Under the pieces are notes generated by a model, which saw only the letters and a program-made list of their open reading frames with translations, searched no databases and had not been told where the DNA came from. From Amphiscolops sp. MND2022 (Eukaryota), in NCBI GenBank assembly GCA_964187785.1, contig OZ076413.1, positions 37,944,001-38,008,000 on the forward strand: a DNA stretch of 64,000 nucleotides, given 5' to 3'. Each line of letters starts with the position of its first letter. Position 1 is the stretch's first letter. A program made the position numbers and the translations under genes. This document shows, one piece after another, positions 25,750 to 38,535 of this stretch.

Positions 25750-28700
25750 ATTACAATGTGTATTTGCTCGCACTTTCAATTCTGATTGGCACATCAAGTG
25801 AAATCTCCGACGCAGAAAGAACACTTCTGCTTTTTTTCCAGTTTTGGGCAGTTTTTTGAAAAAATTAACTGAAAATTGAAAATCATCGAATGCTGCAGAT
25901 TGTATAGAATTCAATGATATCTTTTTTGTATCAAAAACATAATAAATGAAAAAACAACCACAGTTTTCCGCCGCGAAACGTTCATTTCCTATCTTAATAC
26001 ATGTATATCGAAGAAATTTTACTTTTGTTTCTTATGTTTTTCAAAATTCTCAACAGATTTCGAGAAAATCGAGCCTAAAAGACGTTTTCTTGATCACAGT
26101 ACTGTAGTTAGGAAGAATTTGATTTGATCATGCCAGTAAACAAAATTTTTATACACACGATTCATATTTTTCTTGAAGATAGCAGTATTTTCCTTACCAA
26201 TAATTTTTGCGGACCCTTGATTAGTTTTATCAGTTATTCAGAATAACCAAATGACTTACCAAATGCCAACCATTATGCGTCCCGATGAACTCCGTAATGT
26301 AAGCTGAACGCCAAAGGCCGCATGCTTCTTCAAAGCATTGGAGTAGTTTTCCACAGTTGAAGTTTTTTGAGAATTGCATTGTTAATTGGATGGACTTGGT
26401 AGCCAGTTGAATTTATCAAGATTAGGTGTGGTTTAAGTAAGCCTTGCAGGCAAATGTTTGAGTAAAAAGGGAAAATCCGAAACATATGTGTGATTGTGGT
26501 ACCTGACTGGTTTGAGTTGATTTAAGTTACTAACACCTTAATTTGAGGGTAATCCTTTGAGGCATGAGTTTATTAAAGGTTATCAGTTAGTTATTTATTA
26601 CAGGTGTCATTTATATTGGTAGTGAAAAGAGTTTATCACCTCTTGACATGAGGTAATATCTTAATTGCCTCGTTTCCTGGATGTATAAGAAAATTTTCTA
26701 AGGATCAGTTCTTCAGATCTCATCCTTTCTTGCTTCATTTTCCTCGCTTCTAAACTTGACTCTACAACTTCCTCGAATTCTCAATTGTCAAATAATACCA
26801 CATCTCAATTTCAAAGAACTCAGTTAACAAATTTCAAACATCACTTCTACTCATCTAAAATTTGCTTTCAAAAAATTTCAAAATAATTGAAGTTAACAAA
26901 ATAAATTTTACAGTTGTCACTCTACTGTAACTTTTCACTTCAACCGATTTTGTTTGGTTTTACTATAACAATTTTTCTTTACCGTTTCTTTCCTTTACCT
27001 CCAAAATTTCATTTGTATCTTCAATCATGAACGGCGATTCAATGTTCTCTTTTTCAAACAACTCAAATTCAGATTATCACTATCTCCGAGAAATCGCTAA
27101 TCAGGTTTTACAAGACGACCCACCCACAACATCCAATTTCAATTATTCGCAACCTATAGAGGAGCCCTAGGTACTATGAGATACCTAAAGTTCGGATGGT
27201 CCTCCAGAGAGCGTTTTTGCAAATTTCGGTTTCTTTCTAGAAGGCAGTTCAGTTCGGATCTGGCAATCGTCTTCGTCGTGTGTATCTTCTGTTTCTTCTC
27301 GAAGCGTCACTCTTTCTTGTAAGGTTCTTCACGCTTTCCCGGCCGTAGTTGAAAGTAAGAAATTGTCGTAAGATCAATTCCATGTACCTGGTCATCAAAA
27401 AATTTCCCCTCTTCAATTGGAACGACTACAGGTGACACAAGCATCTGTTTTCTAAATGGATCATTTTTCATTACATATCCCTCTTTCACGTTCCTCGTAA
27501 GTACTCCCTCTCTTTCTATTGATTCCGTGTAATGAAATAGATCATTTCTGACTCGCTTTTCCTTGAAGTAGCCAAGCACTTCAAGACTGAGGACCAACTG
27601 AATTCGCCTGCTGTAACTTGCGGCTGTGTCCGCGTTTTCTCTGATGGGCCATTTTTTAGGAAATTCGTAGAAGCGTGGTGGCGCTTTTACAATTCTGTTA
27701 GCGTACTTGCTTGAGTTGTTCAACCATTGTACAGTGGCCTGAAAAAAAAGCAATCACCCGAATTTGTTTGGATATAATTGGAAAATGGATTTTGGTGGGA
27801 GTTTCCAAAGTGTAATGTTTCTTTTATTGCTAGATGTATGAACAAAAAATTGCTCCAAGTTTTGTTTTCCTGGCGCTTTTCACACACAAAAACTATCATG
27901 GGATTGAAAATTGTTTCCTGATACTTGTATCAAGATATCATTCTGAAGTTTATCAATTTATACATATTGAAGCTCGAAGCTCATACTAATACAATTTACA
28001 TTTTTTTCAAGAAAAAACTATATCGCCAGATTCATGTTGTTTGAGAAAATTTTTCCGTCAAAGTGTTTCTGAAATCAAATACTTGTAAGTGGGTCAAAAA
28101 TTCAAAAAAACTAAAGAACGATGTTTTGCAAATTGCTCTCGACCAATGAAATGAGCGCGTGAGACATTGATCAGCAAAGGATAATGGTTTGTTTGCTTTC
28201 TTTCCGCATGATATGTTGCTTCTTCCAGAATCACTACTGTATAGTCACGAAACGTGAAAAATGAAAAAAAGTCCGAAAGTTTTCGGTAGTGGAGGAAAAA
28301 CAGAAAAGAGCAAAGAAAACTCGCCTGCAATCGAACCCACACACAAGATATGAGAATAAAGGCATTTAACCACTAAGCTACCAATGATGCTCATGCAGCA
28401 ATCAACAGCACATATAAATTACTGTGTCGTTATCAACCAATTAGAATGATTAGATACCAAATAACATAAGAGCAAATAACATAAAACAAAAATTTGAAAA
28501 AATTAGTTCCAAATAACATGAAAATGAAATTAGTTTCAAATAACATAAAAATAAAACCAAATACCTTGTTAAGCATTCGAACTCACGAAATTTTATCTGT
28601 AATTTTCATACTTTTTCAGTGAATCTTCTAAATTGTGAATGCTTTTGTTTAGTCAAATTCATTTCGTGTTTATGTTATTTGAAACTAATTTTGTTTTTAT

Positions 28701-30031
28701 GTTATTTGCTCTTTTGTTCAACTAAGTTATTGGGAATTCACCAATTACAATGTGTATTTGCTCGCACTTTCAATTCTGATTGGCACATCAAGTGAAATCT
28801 CCGACGCAGAAAGAACACTTCTGCTTTTTTTCCAGTTTTGGGCAGTTTTTTGAAAAAAATAACTGAAAATTGAAAATCATCGAATGCTGCAGATTGTATA
28901 GAATTCAATGATATCTTTTTTGTATCAAAAACATAATAAATGAAAAAACAACCACAGTTTTCCGCCGCGAAACGTTCATTTCCTATCTTAATACATGTAT
29001 ATCGAAGAAATTTTACTTTTGTTTCTTATGTTTTTCAAAATTCTCAACAGATTTCGAGAAAATCGAGCCTAAAAGACGTTTTCTTGATCACAGTACTGTA
29101 GTTAGGAAGAATTTGATTTGATCATACCAGTAAACAAAATTTTTATACACACGATTCATATTTTTCTTGAAGATAGCAGTATTTTCCTTACCAATAATTT
29201 TTGCGGACCCTTGATTAGTTTTATCAGTTATTCAGAATAACCAAATGACTTACCAAATGCCAACCATTATGCGTCCCGATGAACTCCGTAATGTAAGCTG
29301 AACGCCAAAGGCCGCATGCTTCTTCAAAGCATTGGAGTAGTTTTCCACAGTTGAAGTTTTTTGAGAATTGCATTGTTAATTGGATGGACTTGGTAGCCAG
29401 TTGAATTTATCAAGATTAGGTGTGGCTTAAGTAAGCCTTGCAGGCAAATGTTTGAGTAAAAAGGGAAAATCCGAAACATATGTGTGATTGTGGTACCTGA
29501 CTGGTTTGAGTTGATTTAAGTTACTAACACCTTAATTTGAGGGTAATCCTTTGAGGCATGAGTTTATTAAAGGTTATCAGTTAGTTATTTATTACAGGTG
29601 TCATTTATATTGGTAGTGAAAAGAGTTTATCACCTCTTGACATGAGGTAATATCTTAATTGCCTCGTTTCCTGGATGTATAAGAAAATTTTCTAAGGATC
29701 AGTTCTTCAGATCTCATCCTTTCTTGCTTCATTTTCCTCGCTTCTAAACTTGACTCTACAACTTCCTCGAATTCTCAATTGTCAAATAATACCACATCTC
29801 AATTTCATTTCAATTTCAAAGAACTCAGTTAACAAATTTCAAACATCACTTCTACTCATCTAAAATTTGCTTTCAAAAAATTTCAAAATAATTGAAGTTA
29901 ACAAAATAAATTTTACAGTTGTCACTCTACTGTAACTTTTCACTTCAACCGATTTTGTTTGGTTTTACTATAACAATTTTTCTTTACCGTTTCTTTCCTT
30001 TACCTCCAAAATTTCATTTGTATCTTCAATC

Positions 30032-33000
30032 ATGAACGGCGATTCAATGTTCTCTTTTTCAAACAACTCAAATTCAGATTATCACTATCTCCGAGAAATC
30101 GCTAATCAGGTTTTACAAGACGCCCCACCCACAACATCCAATTTCAATTATTCGCAACCTATAGAGGAGCCCTAGGTACCATGAGATACAACCACGGCAA
30201 CCCCACCCTCAATCCAACTTGCTGTTTATGATCCCTACGAATTTGTGTCGTCCAATTCGGTCCCTCAGGCTTCCAACTCGCCTCATGACAGTGTTGTGTC
30301 CGGAAATCGCCGAGATTTAGGTAAAGTATGTGGATAAGCAATGTTTTTAGAGTACTAGATAGAAAAATTTTCTGCATAAAAAGAGGAAAATAACTTGTTA
30401 ATAACATGCTCGTAGTTTTGAAAAAAGATAAACAACTGAAAATGTAGGATTTCATATTACGCAAGACTTGTATATTGTTTGTTTTTTTTTTCAAACAGAG
30501 AGTTTGGCAAAAAGTTTTTCATGCAATTTAACATGTTTTTTGTTTCATATTGTTTTTAAAAACCTTTCTACTTCAAACTGTAAAAAAACCGGATGTTCTT
30601 GTTTCTTAATCTTCAAATAAATTAAATGAAAATTGAAGAAAAGTACGTCTTGTTTAGTTGGCGATACCTAAATCAGAGTTTGGCGACTTTTTCAATGTTC
30701 AGTTGCCATCTCAGCTTCGAACGAATTTGATCCCGAACAAATTTTTGAACATACACGATATATCACATTCAAAAAAGGGGTGAAATCAATCGAAAACAAA
30801 AAAACAATGAATTAGCTTATTCAAATCTCAGTTTTTTCAATGAAATGTTTTGAAACGTTTTTTATTGGCTTGTCTTGAAACACTGTTTTGAAACAGGCCA
30901 ACCCTGATATTACGAGTTAAATACCAGTGAAATAGTTTTTTAAACAACTGCGAATCATTCTTATGATAACGATTTTTCATTTCCAGCACAAACCACGACG
31001 TAATACCCTCTCTACGTGGTACATGCAGAATACAACCCTCGGTTTGATCCTGGATCGACATCAACTCCGATGCCACACCCGCGCCTGAGGCATTGACCCC
31101 GCTTTGAGGCATTGACTTTGCGAGTGCCTCCGACAAGCACTGTTCTCTTTCCGGGTGCAGGTAGCAGTCAGATGCCTCACTCTTCCAAATTCACACCAGC
31201 AATGCCGCCAAGTGATGAGCAATCCCAGGCGATGAAAAAAAGAGCTGAAGGTCGCGCCCACATTCAGCATCTGGTTGACTGCGACAAGACGCCCCCAAAA
31301 GAGGATTGTCTGCTCGTCTTCCAATGCCTGATGATAATGTGGTGCTACATCAATAGCTACCCCTCGCGCCTTCTGAAGCGTTTCACTGCCTATGGTTTTG
31401 TGAATTTCAACGAAAGTGGCAGTGTCAGCTTCGTGGTTGCCGTGCCGTTGAAGACGGGACTAAGTATCAATATAGAACTGCCCCGGTTTAGCAATTTCGA
31501 GAAAAGTGTATTGACATTTTTTTTCAAACGCATCAGACTAGTTTGGATTAATGCACTGAGAGTCCTGAACGAAAGATTTGACGTTACAACAATTGTCGCA
31601 GATATCAAAGAAAGAACCTAGTCCTTCTTCTATAACTCACAGGGCAATAAACAATTGAATGTTTCAAGAGTCTGCGGAAACCTTCAAAGCAAGGTGAATG
31701 CGACTCAGAAAAAGAAACAGAAAGCAATTGTTGCTGGCGCTAATGAGGAATGGATAACCGACGATGCCGAGAACCCTCGCCCAAGCACTTTTGATGACCC
31801 GACCATCAACTTGAAGAACGAGATTTCACAGAACGAGATGATGACCATGTCGTCGACTTCCAAGAAACGAGTTTTCTATTACTATTCCTATTTCGTTGAA
31901 AGTTGCAATGGGGTAAGTTCTTACCAATTATCAAGCGTTATCAAACGTAGTTGATTTGTTAGTCAAAATGTTTTGATTTAATTTTGTTTACTGGCATGAT
32001 CAGATCATCACTGTATGATAAACCAATGATTTTAACAATTTACATTTTCTATATGCGACTCAATAATTTCTTGTTTTCGGAACATGGGACAATACAAAAT
32101 TATCAAACGTTTTTGATTTGTTAGTAAAAATTTTTTGATTTTATTTTGTTTACTGGCATGATCAGATCATCAAACTATGATTAACCAATGATAGTCACAA
32201 CTAATATTTTCTAGGTGAAAAATTACTTCCGACACCCAACGAACGTCGATGAAAAAACGCCGAAGCCTGCTCAATGTTGCAAGACGATTAAGCAAAACAC
32301 CTCTATGGACAAGGCTGTAGCGCAAAAGCTGGGAGAAAGAGTCAACGGTCATTTGCGTTACAAACTTGTACAATTACGTGTTCAAAAGATGTTGCAAATT
32401 TTGGTTGGATCTACAGCTCCTTGCAAAACCACTGTTGTGAACAATATGCGAAGCCGTGGTTAGACCGATCATGCGAGGATTGTAGATAGCACACTCGCTC
32501 AATGGAAACCATGCCCTGTTTCCGAAAACAGAAGATCGACGCGCCACACTCCGACTGAGGACACGACTCCTCATTCACACAGTAGAGGATACAACATGTT
32601 CTTTTGCAATTTCAAATTCTGCTGTCGTCAGCATGCAGACAGTGACTGAAACAGTGACAAGTCAGCATTGGCCTTTCCTTCAGATTTGCGAGAAGATCGT
32701 TTTCGACAATGGTGCTTCTGGACGAGGCGTAGTAGCAACGACCTCGATCAACAAACACGAAGTTTTCTGTGATTATCACACAGATGTGATCATCACACAG
32801 TCCGTAATGCGCCAACGTGAAAACACGCAATATATTCTAGACTGTGGCTACATAGTATTTGATGCAACTTTAGACAGTTGTGTATGCTACCCTGGACAAA
32901 GAACATTCAGGAGATTTTTAAATTATAGACCAGATAAACACCCCCAATGCAATGTCCGAATGAAGCGCATCGTGATAAACGGATAGAACGCTTTTTTATT

Positions 33001-33248
33001 GATCGCAAAGAGACATAGACGCGTTGGAAGAAAAATGCTTCGATTACAAAGACCCAAATTGCAAAGCCGAATTTCGTTCTAGACCGACTGCTGTTACTGT
33101 GTCATCCGACCAACCAACCTCTGACCCACGAACCTCTGACTCGCCAACCTCTGACCAGCCAACCTCCGACCCGCCAACCTCTGACCCTGCATCTAATACG
33201 CCATGCACTACAAATTTCTTTTTTGACATTGTCACTCAGACCTACTAG
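30032..33248 (+). pseudogene. Tyrosine-recombinase-like + SET-domain fusion gene, 3 exons
   Basis: Exons 30032-30320, 30987-31912 and 32215-33248 have matching phases (1 and 0) and GT-AG sites. Exon 2 'YINSYPSRLLKRFT..VAVPLKTG..IEL..FFFKRIR..FFYNSQG' follows the YR pattern by eye. Exon 3 encodes a SET domain. In-frame stops are present. Confidence 0.7.
32633..33050 (+). pseudogene. SET domain, PR-Set7/SETD8-like
   Basis: 'QHWPFLQI..GRGVVATTSI..FCDYH..Y..DAT..C.C.P..RTFRRFLNY..NVRM..ING' then, after a frameshift, 'AKRDIDALEEKCFDY'. Confidence 0.85.
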
Positions 33249-33400
33249 GTAGTACTAGGTAGTACAAAGTCCTTTTTTGACATGGTCACTCAGACCTACA
33301 AATTTCTTTTTTGACATGGTCACTCCAACCTACAAATTGATTTTTTTGAAATGGTCACTTAGCACTACAAATTTCTTTTTTGACATTGTCACTTTTTTGA
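33215..33400 (+). repeat. ~32-bp minisatellite TTTTTGACATGGTCACTCAGACCTACAAATTTC
   Basis: Five to six units between the SET gene and the transposase gene. Confidence 0.85.
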
Positions 33401-33439
33401 CATGACGTTTCATCCCAACGTTTTAAACTTTAGTTTGAC

Positions 33440-36400
33440 ATGTTCAAGCAAAAACCCACAATCTCTGACGGGAAAGCAAATTATGTGAAGCTTGTCTTCC
33501 TGAACATTCTCTTTCCAACGATGTTCCCCCTACATCCCGAGAAGAAAAATGGTCTCGAGGGAAATGGCCCACGAAAGATCAAAACATACATCGAGAAACA
33601 TTTCAACGGGTCAAACGTCCAGATCAACGATGTCTATAAGCCTAACAGGATCAAGTCCGAACAATCTGCTGCACTGCGAGAAGATATATTTGATCTCATG
33701 ATGCTATCTGCCCCATCGTGCACACTTCCTTGGTCTTCCGAAAGACTACAATATTTGGGACCTTTCTATCCAACTTTGCCTCTTGCTTGTATCGACGCAC
33801 AAGAACTGAAGACTGTTGATGTATCGATCCTGAACGCACCCGATGCCCCAGCCGATTTATCGACAAACTTATCAATTCAATCAACTTACCGTGACATGGT
33901 TCCAATACATAAAAAGCTCTGACAAACGATGACATATCAATAGAGTATCGCCAGTTCAGGCTTGCTTATGAGAAGTCGGAGAAGTCACAGTTCTGTTCTA
34001 ATTAATTTAAACTTTTGACAGAGTCAGCCGAATCCCTGAATCAGTTCGCTTTGAGTTTGAGAGACTATCTCTACAAACAAAAAGGTGTTTCAAAAAGAAA
34101 AAATACCATTTTATGTAGACTCCTCGGAATGCTACTTCCAAATATTTTCAGTAAAGATAGAGACAAAACACAAATCGAAAACCAATGCCTCCTTATGTTG
34201 AACAATACTCTTGACCTTTTCGTGAAGATACGCCAGTTACTCAAGTGCCCATTCGTGAAAGCGACGTTATTGCCATCACGACTCGAACTTTCAATCATCA
34301 ATAGACGGATGAATGATTTATTCAGAACTATGCTTGAACCATCGAGAACGCATACCGCCTTCCGTGTAAACCTTGTGAACTTTGTGACGTTTGTTGCCCT
34401 TCGTGTCTATGGAAACAATTCCATCTGAGGATTGCGAATCGACCTTTATGGTGATGCAACGAGATGTCGTGAGAATGGCCTTCCGCATTTTAGATACTGG
34501 AAACGGAACTGAACAATCTTCGACGCATGTTTCCACCTTCGCAGTTTTCGACGTAAGTTTTTGGCTTATGTGTTTTCCAATTTTGCTTTCTGATTTGATC
34601 TTCAATGTGAAAATATTTCTTAGAATTTTGCTTATTGATCTCATCTTCCATGTGGTTTATGTTTTGTTTTCACTTTGCTTACTGGCATGATCTTCCAAAC
34701 TGTTGATGTTTCTTTAATTTTGCTCACTGGCATGATCTTCCATTTGGTGTATGTTTTCACAGGGGAAAGATGTACGAGTCAATTTGGAGTATAACCTGCC
34801 AATGGCGAACGCATTAGGACACAATGGGTGGTTATACAAAAAACCAAAGCCTTGTATGAAACAAGAGCCATTTTGAGTTGTTCGGGTGATTCGCCTTTCC
34901 AGCTGAAATTACTGAAAGGAGTCAGTAGTGACGTTTCATGCCTTTCGCAAAAGTGCCTGTATGTTCCTGATCCTCCCATTTTGTCGCAAAATTGTCCCAC
35001 AGCAGCACGTGAAAAAGAACTGTGAAGCACACAAGAAGACGATGGAAGGGAAGGGTGTGATTCTTCCTTCCACAGTTGATCATTTCACTGGGAGACGAAC
35101 TGAGCTGACTTTTGATATCAACGAACAAATTCCAAAAGAATCGCTTATGATTTTGAAGTCCACATTCAACACGTGCCCGGATGTTCTTCACATGATTGTT
35201 CGATCTGTCGAAAGTGATCTAAAGCTACACGTCGATTCACTGATCCTATCTAACTTGCTTGCGATATCGAAATTAGAATGTAATATTACACAAAGAAATG
35301 TAAAGCCGCCTCGGTTCAGTTTCGAGATAGTTGACAAATTTTGTAAGGCTGTTCTTTGAGCTTTCGAGACGCTGAAATTATCATTTTGGACTGTACACGG
35401 TTGAGCGAATATGGACGAATGGATATTTCTATATTCGAAGGTGTATATTCATTCGAAGAGGCACATGTTTACAAGATTGATCAGGCGAATGAAAATACAC
35501 CATATAATGTACTGATATTCTTAGTGGACGGTTTAAAAACATCGTTTCCGAAAGGCATTGGTATTTCACAACGATCTGTAATTGACCGATCTGTAATTTC
35601 AATCGCTGTACCATTTGCTGGAGCTATTGCGATAACGGGAGTTGACTGATCTCCAAAGTTGTAAAGATCTTTATCAAAGTACCATATGTCTATTTGGGGA
35701 TCATGCATTGACACCGTGCAAAGTGAAGATCGACATGCTGCTGAGGATATTAGAAAAGGGAGAGATTTTAGCCCCGTTTATATATATGACCGAAGGCACA
35801 GAAAAGAGTCACCATACAGCCAGCAAAGATTCTAGAACGATGCGCGACGCCGTTAACGAGGCTTGGAATATGTCGTCAAATTATCTTGATATACGATTTT
35901 CATTCTTTCGAGCCATTGATTTGTCGTCGTCAAAGTCGAAGTTGCTTCAACAGTGCCCCGACCAAATAGCCAAGACGTATCTACAGATTTGCCAATAGTC
36001 GATTGATGTGCCCTCTCTTGAGATCGGAAGGACGAGTGATATTTTCAGATGCATGAACTTTGTTGTTCTCAGAATGCATGGGCATTTAAAAGAAACTCAA
36101 GGAAGTTCGGAGAGGAAGATTTTGGAAAATGCTGGCATCGTTCTGAGCAATACAGACATCATTAATCGAAGCAAGGTAAGTTTCCTGAGCCACCATTACT
36201 GTGTTCTCCCGAATAGCAAGTGCATAGATATTTGGTAAAAAACACGCCCGGCACGAAGGAGACACTTGTTACCAAAGCGGTATATCATGACACCCTGGGC
36301 AATTGAATTTACTTGAAAGTCAAATCCATTACTGATTGTGTGAGAAACAAGCCGGGAACGGCCCAAGTCGGCGCCATATCTAATGCTGAAAAAGACGCAA

Positions 36401-37073
36401 ACCACTTTTTCTACAACTGGAGACAACAAAAGCTCTCAAAAAACTAAAAAGTGAGAAAAAAAATCCGGTTTTTTTTTCGGAATATATCTGAAGTTTCCGG
36501 TAAGTCGCATAGTGCCGCAAAATGTAAAAGGGGGACGCTTTGGGATTTTTTGAACATCCATTCTGTTGCAAAATATCAAAAATTGATGAAAATAACAAAA
36601 AAAATTCGGAAAAAAATCAGTGTCACAGTGCCGAAAAAAGGAGGAAAGTCTCCTAGTGTCAAGAAAAATGGACCCTTCTGCTTTGGAATGGCTTTTTATC
36701 TAATGTTTGAGGCTTTGGATGCGTTGAAAATGAATTACTAAGTACATATGGTAAAAGTTGGTAAATGTGCATTAATGCACAAAAAATGGACGTTACGCGT
36801 TGAACTGACGAAAAAAACTAGCCACTGTAAGAGTCGGGATTTTCTTCGAAAACGCCGACTAAAAATATGTTGATGGATCCCAAAGAATACATTTTTGAAC
36901 TGGATGCCACAGCAAGGGCTAAATTGAGAAAAATACGTTACCAAAATATCGCGCCGCAATTACAACGACAATCACAACCTCTCAGAGCTGGATCGATAAC
37001 ATACCATACTGCAATGAGAAAGTATAAAACCGCCCAGAAAGCATTGAAAAGGAACATCAATAGCTTCGATTAA
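33440..37073 (+). pseudogene. RAG1-core/Transib-like DDE transposase with C-terminal BRCT domain, intron-containing
   Basis: D1 'IDLYGDA' (34453), 'MAFRIL..QSSTHVSTFAVFD|GKD' across intron 34553-34762, D2 'SGDSPFQLKLLKG..KCLY' (34888), 'CPDVLHMIVRSVE' (35180), and 'LTPCKVK..YMTEGTEKSHH' (E at 35801). BRCT-like 'FRCMNFVV..ILENAGIV..HYCV..KSITDCV..LMDPKEY' at 36040-36890. Confidence 0.75.
36346..36866 (+). mobile_element. One-ended MITE copy (family of 4493-5145) inserted in the BRCT domain
   Basis: Starts AACAAGCCGGGAACGGCCCAAGTCGGCGCCATATCTAA. The host frame reads ...TDCVR before it and MLMDPKEY after it. Confidence 0.8.
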
Positions 37074-37274
37074 CGACCCTACAATTGTTATTGATTCACT
37101 ATTTTGTTAAACGCTAAAAATACTGTGTATGAAGGTGAAAATCTAATAAAAGTCCCTCAAAATTTTCATTGCTAGGTTACAGCCTGTTTTTGAATGGTTG
37201 AATAAAAAAAACAGTCAAGTTTTCACAAAGAGCCATTTAAGGTTATAAAGAATGAAAATGCTCTTCGCATACAT

Positions 37275-37470
37275 TTTTTGACATGATCACTCAGACCTAC
37301 AAAGTTCTTTTTTGCCATGGTCTCTCAGACCTACAAATTTTCTTTTTTGACATGGTCACTCAGACCTACAAATTTCTTTTTTTACATGGTCACTCAGACC
37401 TACAATTTTCTTTTTTGACATGGTCACACAGACCTACAAATTTCCTTTTTGACATGGTCACTCAGCACTA
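37275..37470 (+). repeat. ~32-bp minisatellite (same family as 33215-33400)
   Basis: Six units of TTTTGACATGGTCACTCAGACCTACAAATTTC. Confidence 0.85.
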
Positions 37471-38535
37471 CATATTTCTTTCAAACTTGGTAGAATCGAT
37501 GGAATAATTACACCCAAGTTTCGTTAACTGGCATGATCAGACGACAAGAATAATTTTGCTTACTGGCATGATCAGAAGACAACAATTATGGTAATTTTGG
37601 AACCATGTCAATTGTTTTTCCCCAGGTATACTTTGAAATTTAATTTTGTTTGCTTTAAAAACTAATGAGCAACTTGTTACTTACTGACATTCAATGTAAT
37701 GGATAGGATTATGTCATCAATTATTTTATTGGATCAAACTTTCAATGCAAACGATGTCGACATAATGGTATTTGAACCTTTTGTACTATTACCCCCCGCC
37801 GCAGTTTGGGGGCTAGATGACATGGTCCTAATTTTGTGCACTGGCTTGATCATAACATACAAAAACCAAAAATGAAAAACAACAAAGATTACGTACCAAA
37901 CAGCATAAGAGCAAATGACATAAAAACAAAATTTATTTCAAATAACATAAAATTGAAATTAGTTTCAAGTAACAAAATCCGAATACCCGGTTAAACAATC
38001 GACATCAGAAACTTTCACCTAACATTTCCACACTTTTTTAGGTGAATTTTTTGAATTGTGAACTACTTTGACCACTAAAACTTTCTCGTAAACAAATTAT
38101 TTTTGTTAAGTGAAACTCATCATTGAAAATGAACTTGTTTACTAGAAATTTTATGTTTGGATAGAAAGTTAGAAAATTGAAAATAGTTTCAAACGACATA
38201 AAAAAGAAATGACTTCATTTTCATGACATTTGAAACTAATTTCAACGTCTTTATTTGACAAATGCTCTTATGTTATATGGGAATTCACCAACAAAAATTC
38301 ATTAAATCAAACGTGTCTTCCTTTGTGGTTGTGCTTTGGATAAAATTAATCGTCGTTCTGGATAAATTGAAGTTCAGCAACAAAAAGCTCAATTGGGCTC
38401 TGAATCGAATTGGATTCAAAAAGTTTAGATTTATTCAAGTTACGGATTTCATTGAAGCTTCCAATTACAGTGCAGTGTATACAGTTTACGTGTTGCTTGA
38501 ATCAAAACAAGGTGCAATTTGAAAACGTCGAACAC

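Larger units (their letters stand above)
24193..30189 (+). repeat. ~3.0-kb tandem duplication (units 24193-27186 and 27187-30189)
   Basis: Identical 148-aa ORFs at 24313 and 27307. Only about a dozen substitutions plus one short insertion were seen. Junction GAGATACCT|AAAGTTCGG. Confidence 0.95.

Noticed and set aside
26230-26760. Possible GIY-YIG nuclease ('VIYIGSE') in the duplicated unit
   Set aside because: Only a 4-residue resemblance amid stops in all frames; the other GIY-YIG motifs are absent.
30159-30494. Minus-strand ORF 30159-30494 as the first exon of ORF-X
   Set aside because: The plus strand gives an ATG, a GT donor at 30321 and a phase match to exon 30987, so this segment is better read as YR-SET exon 1.
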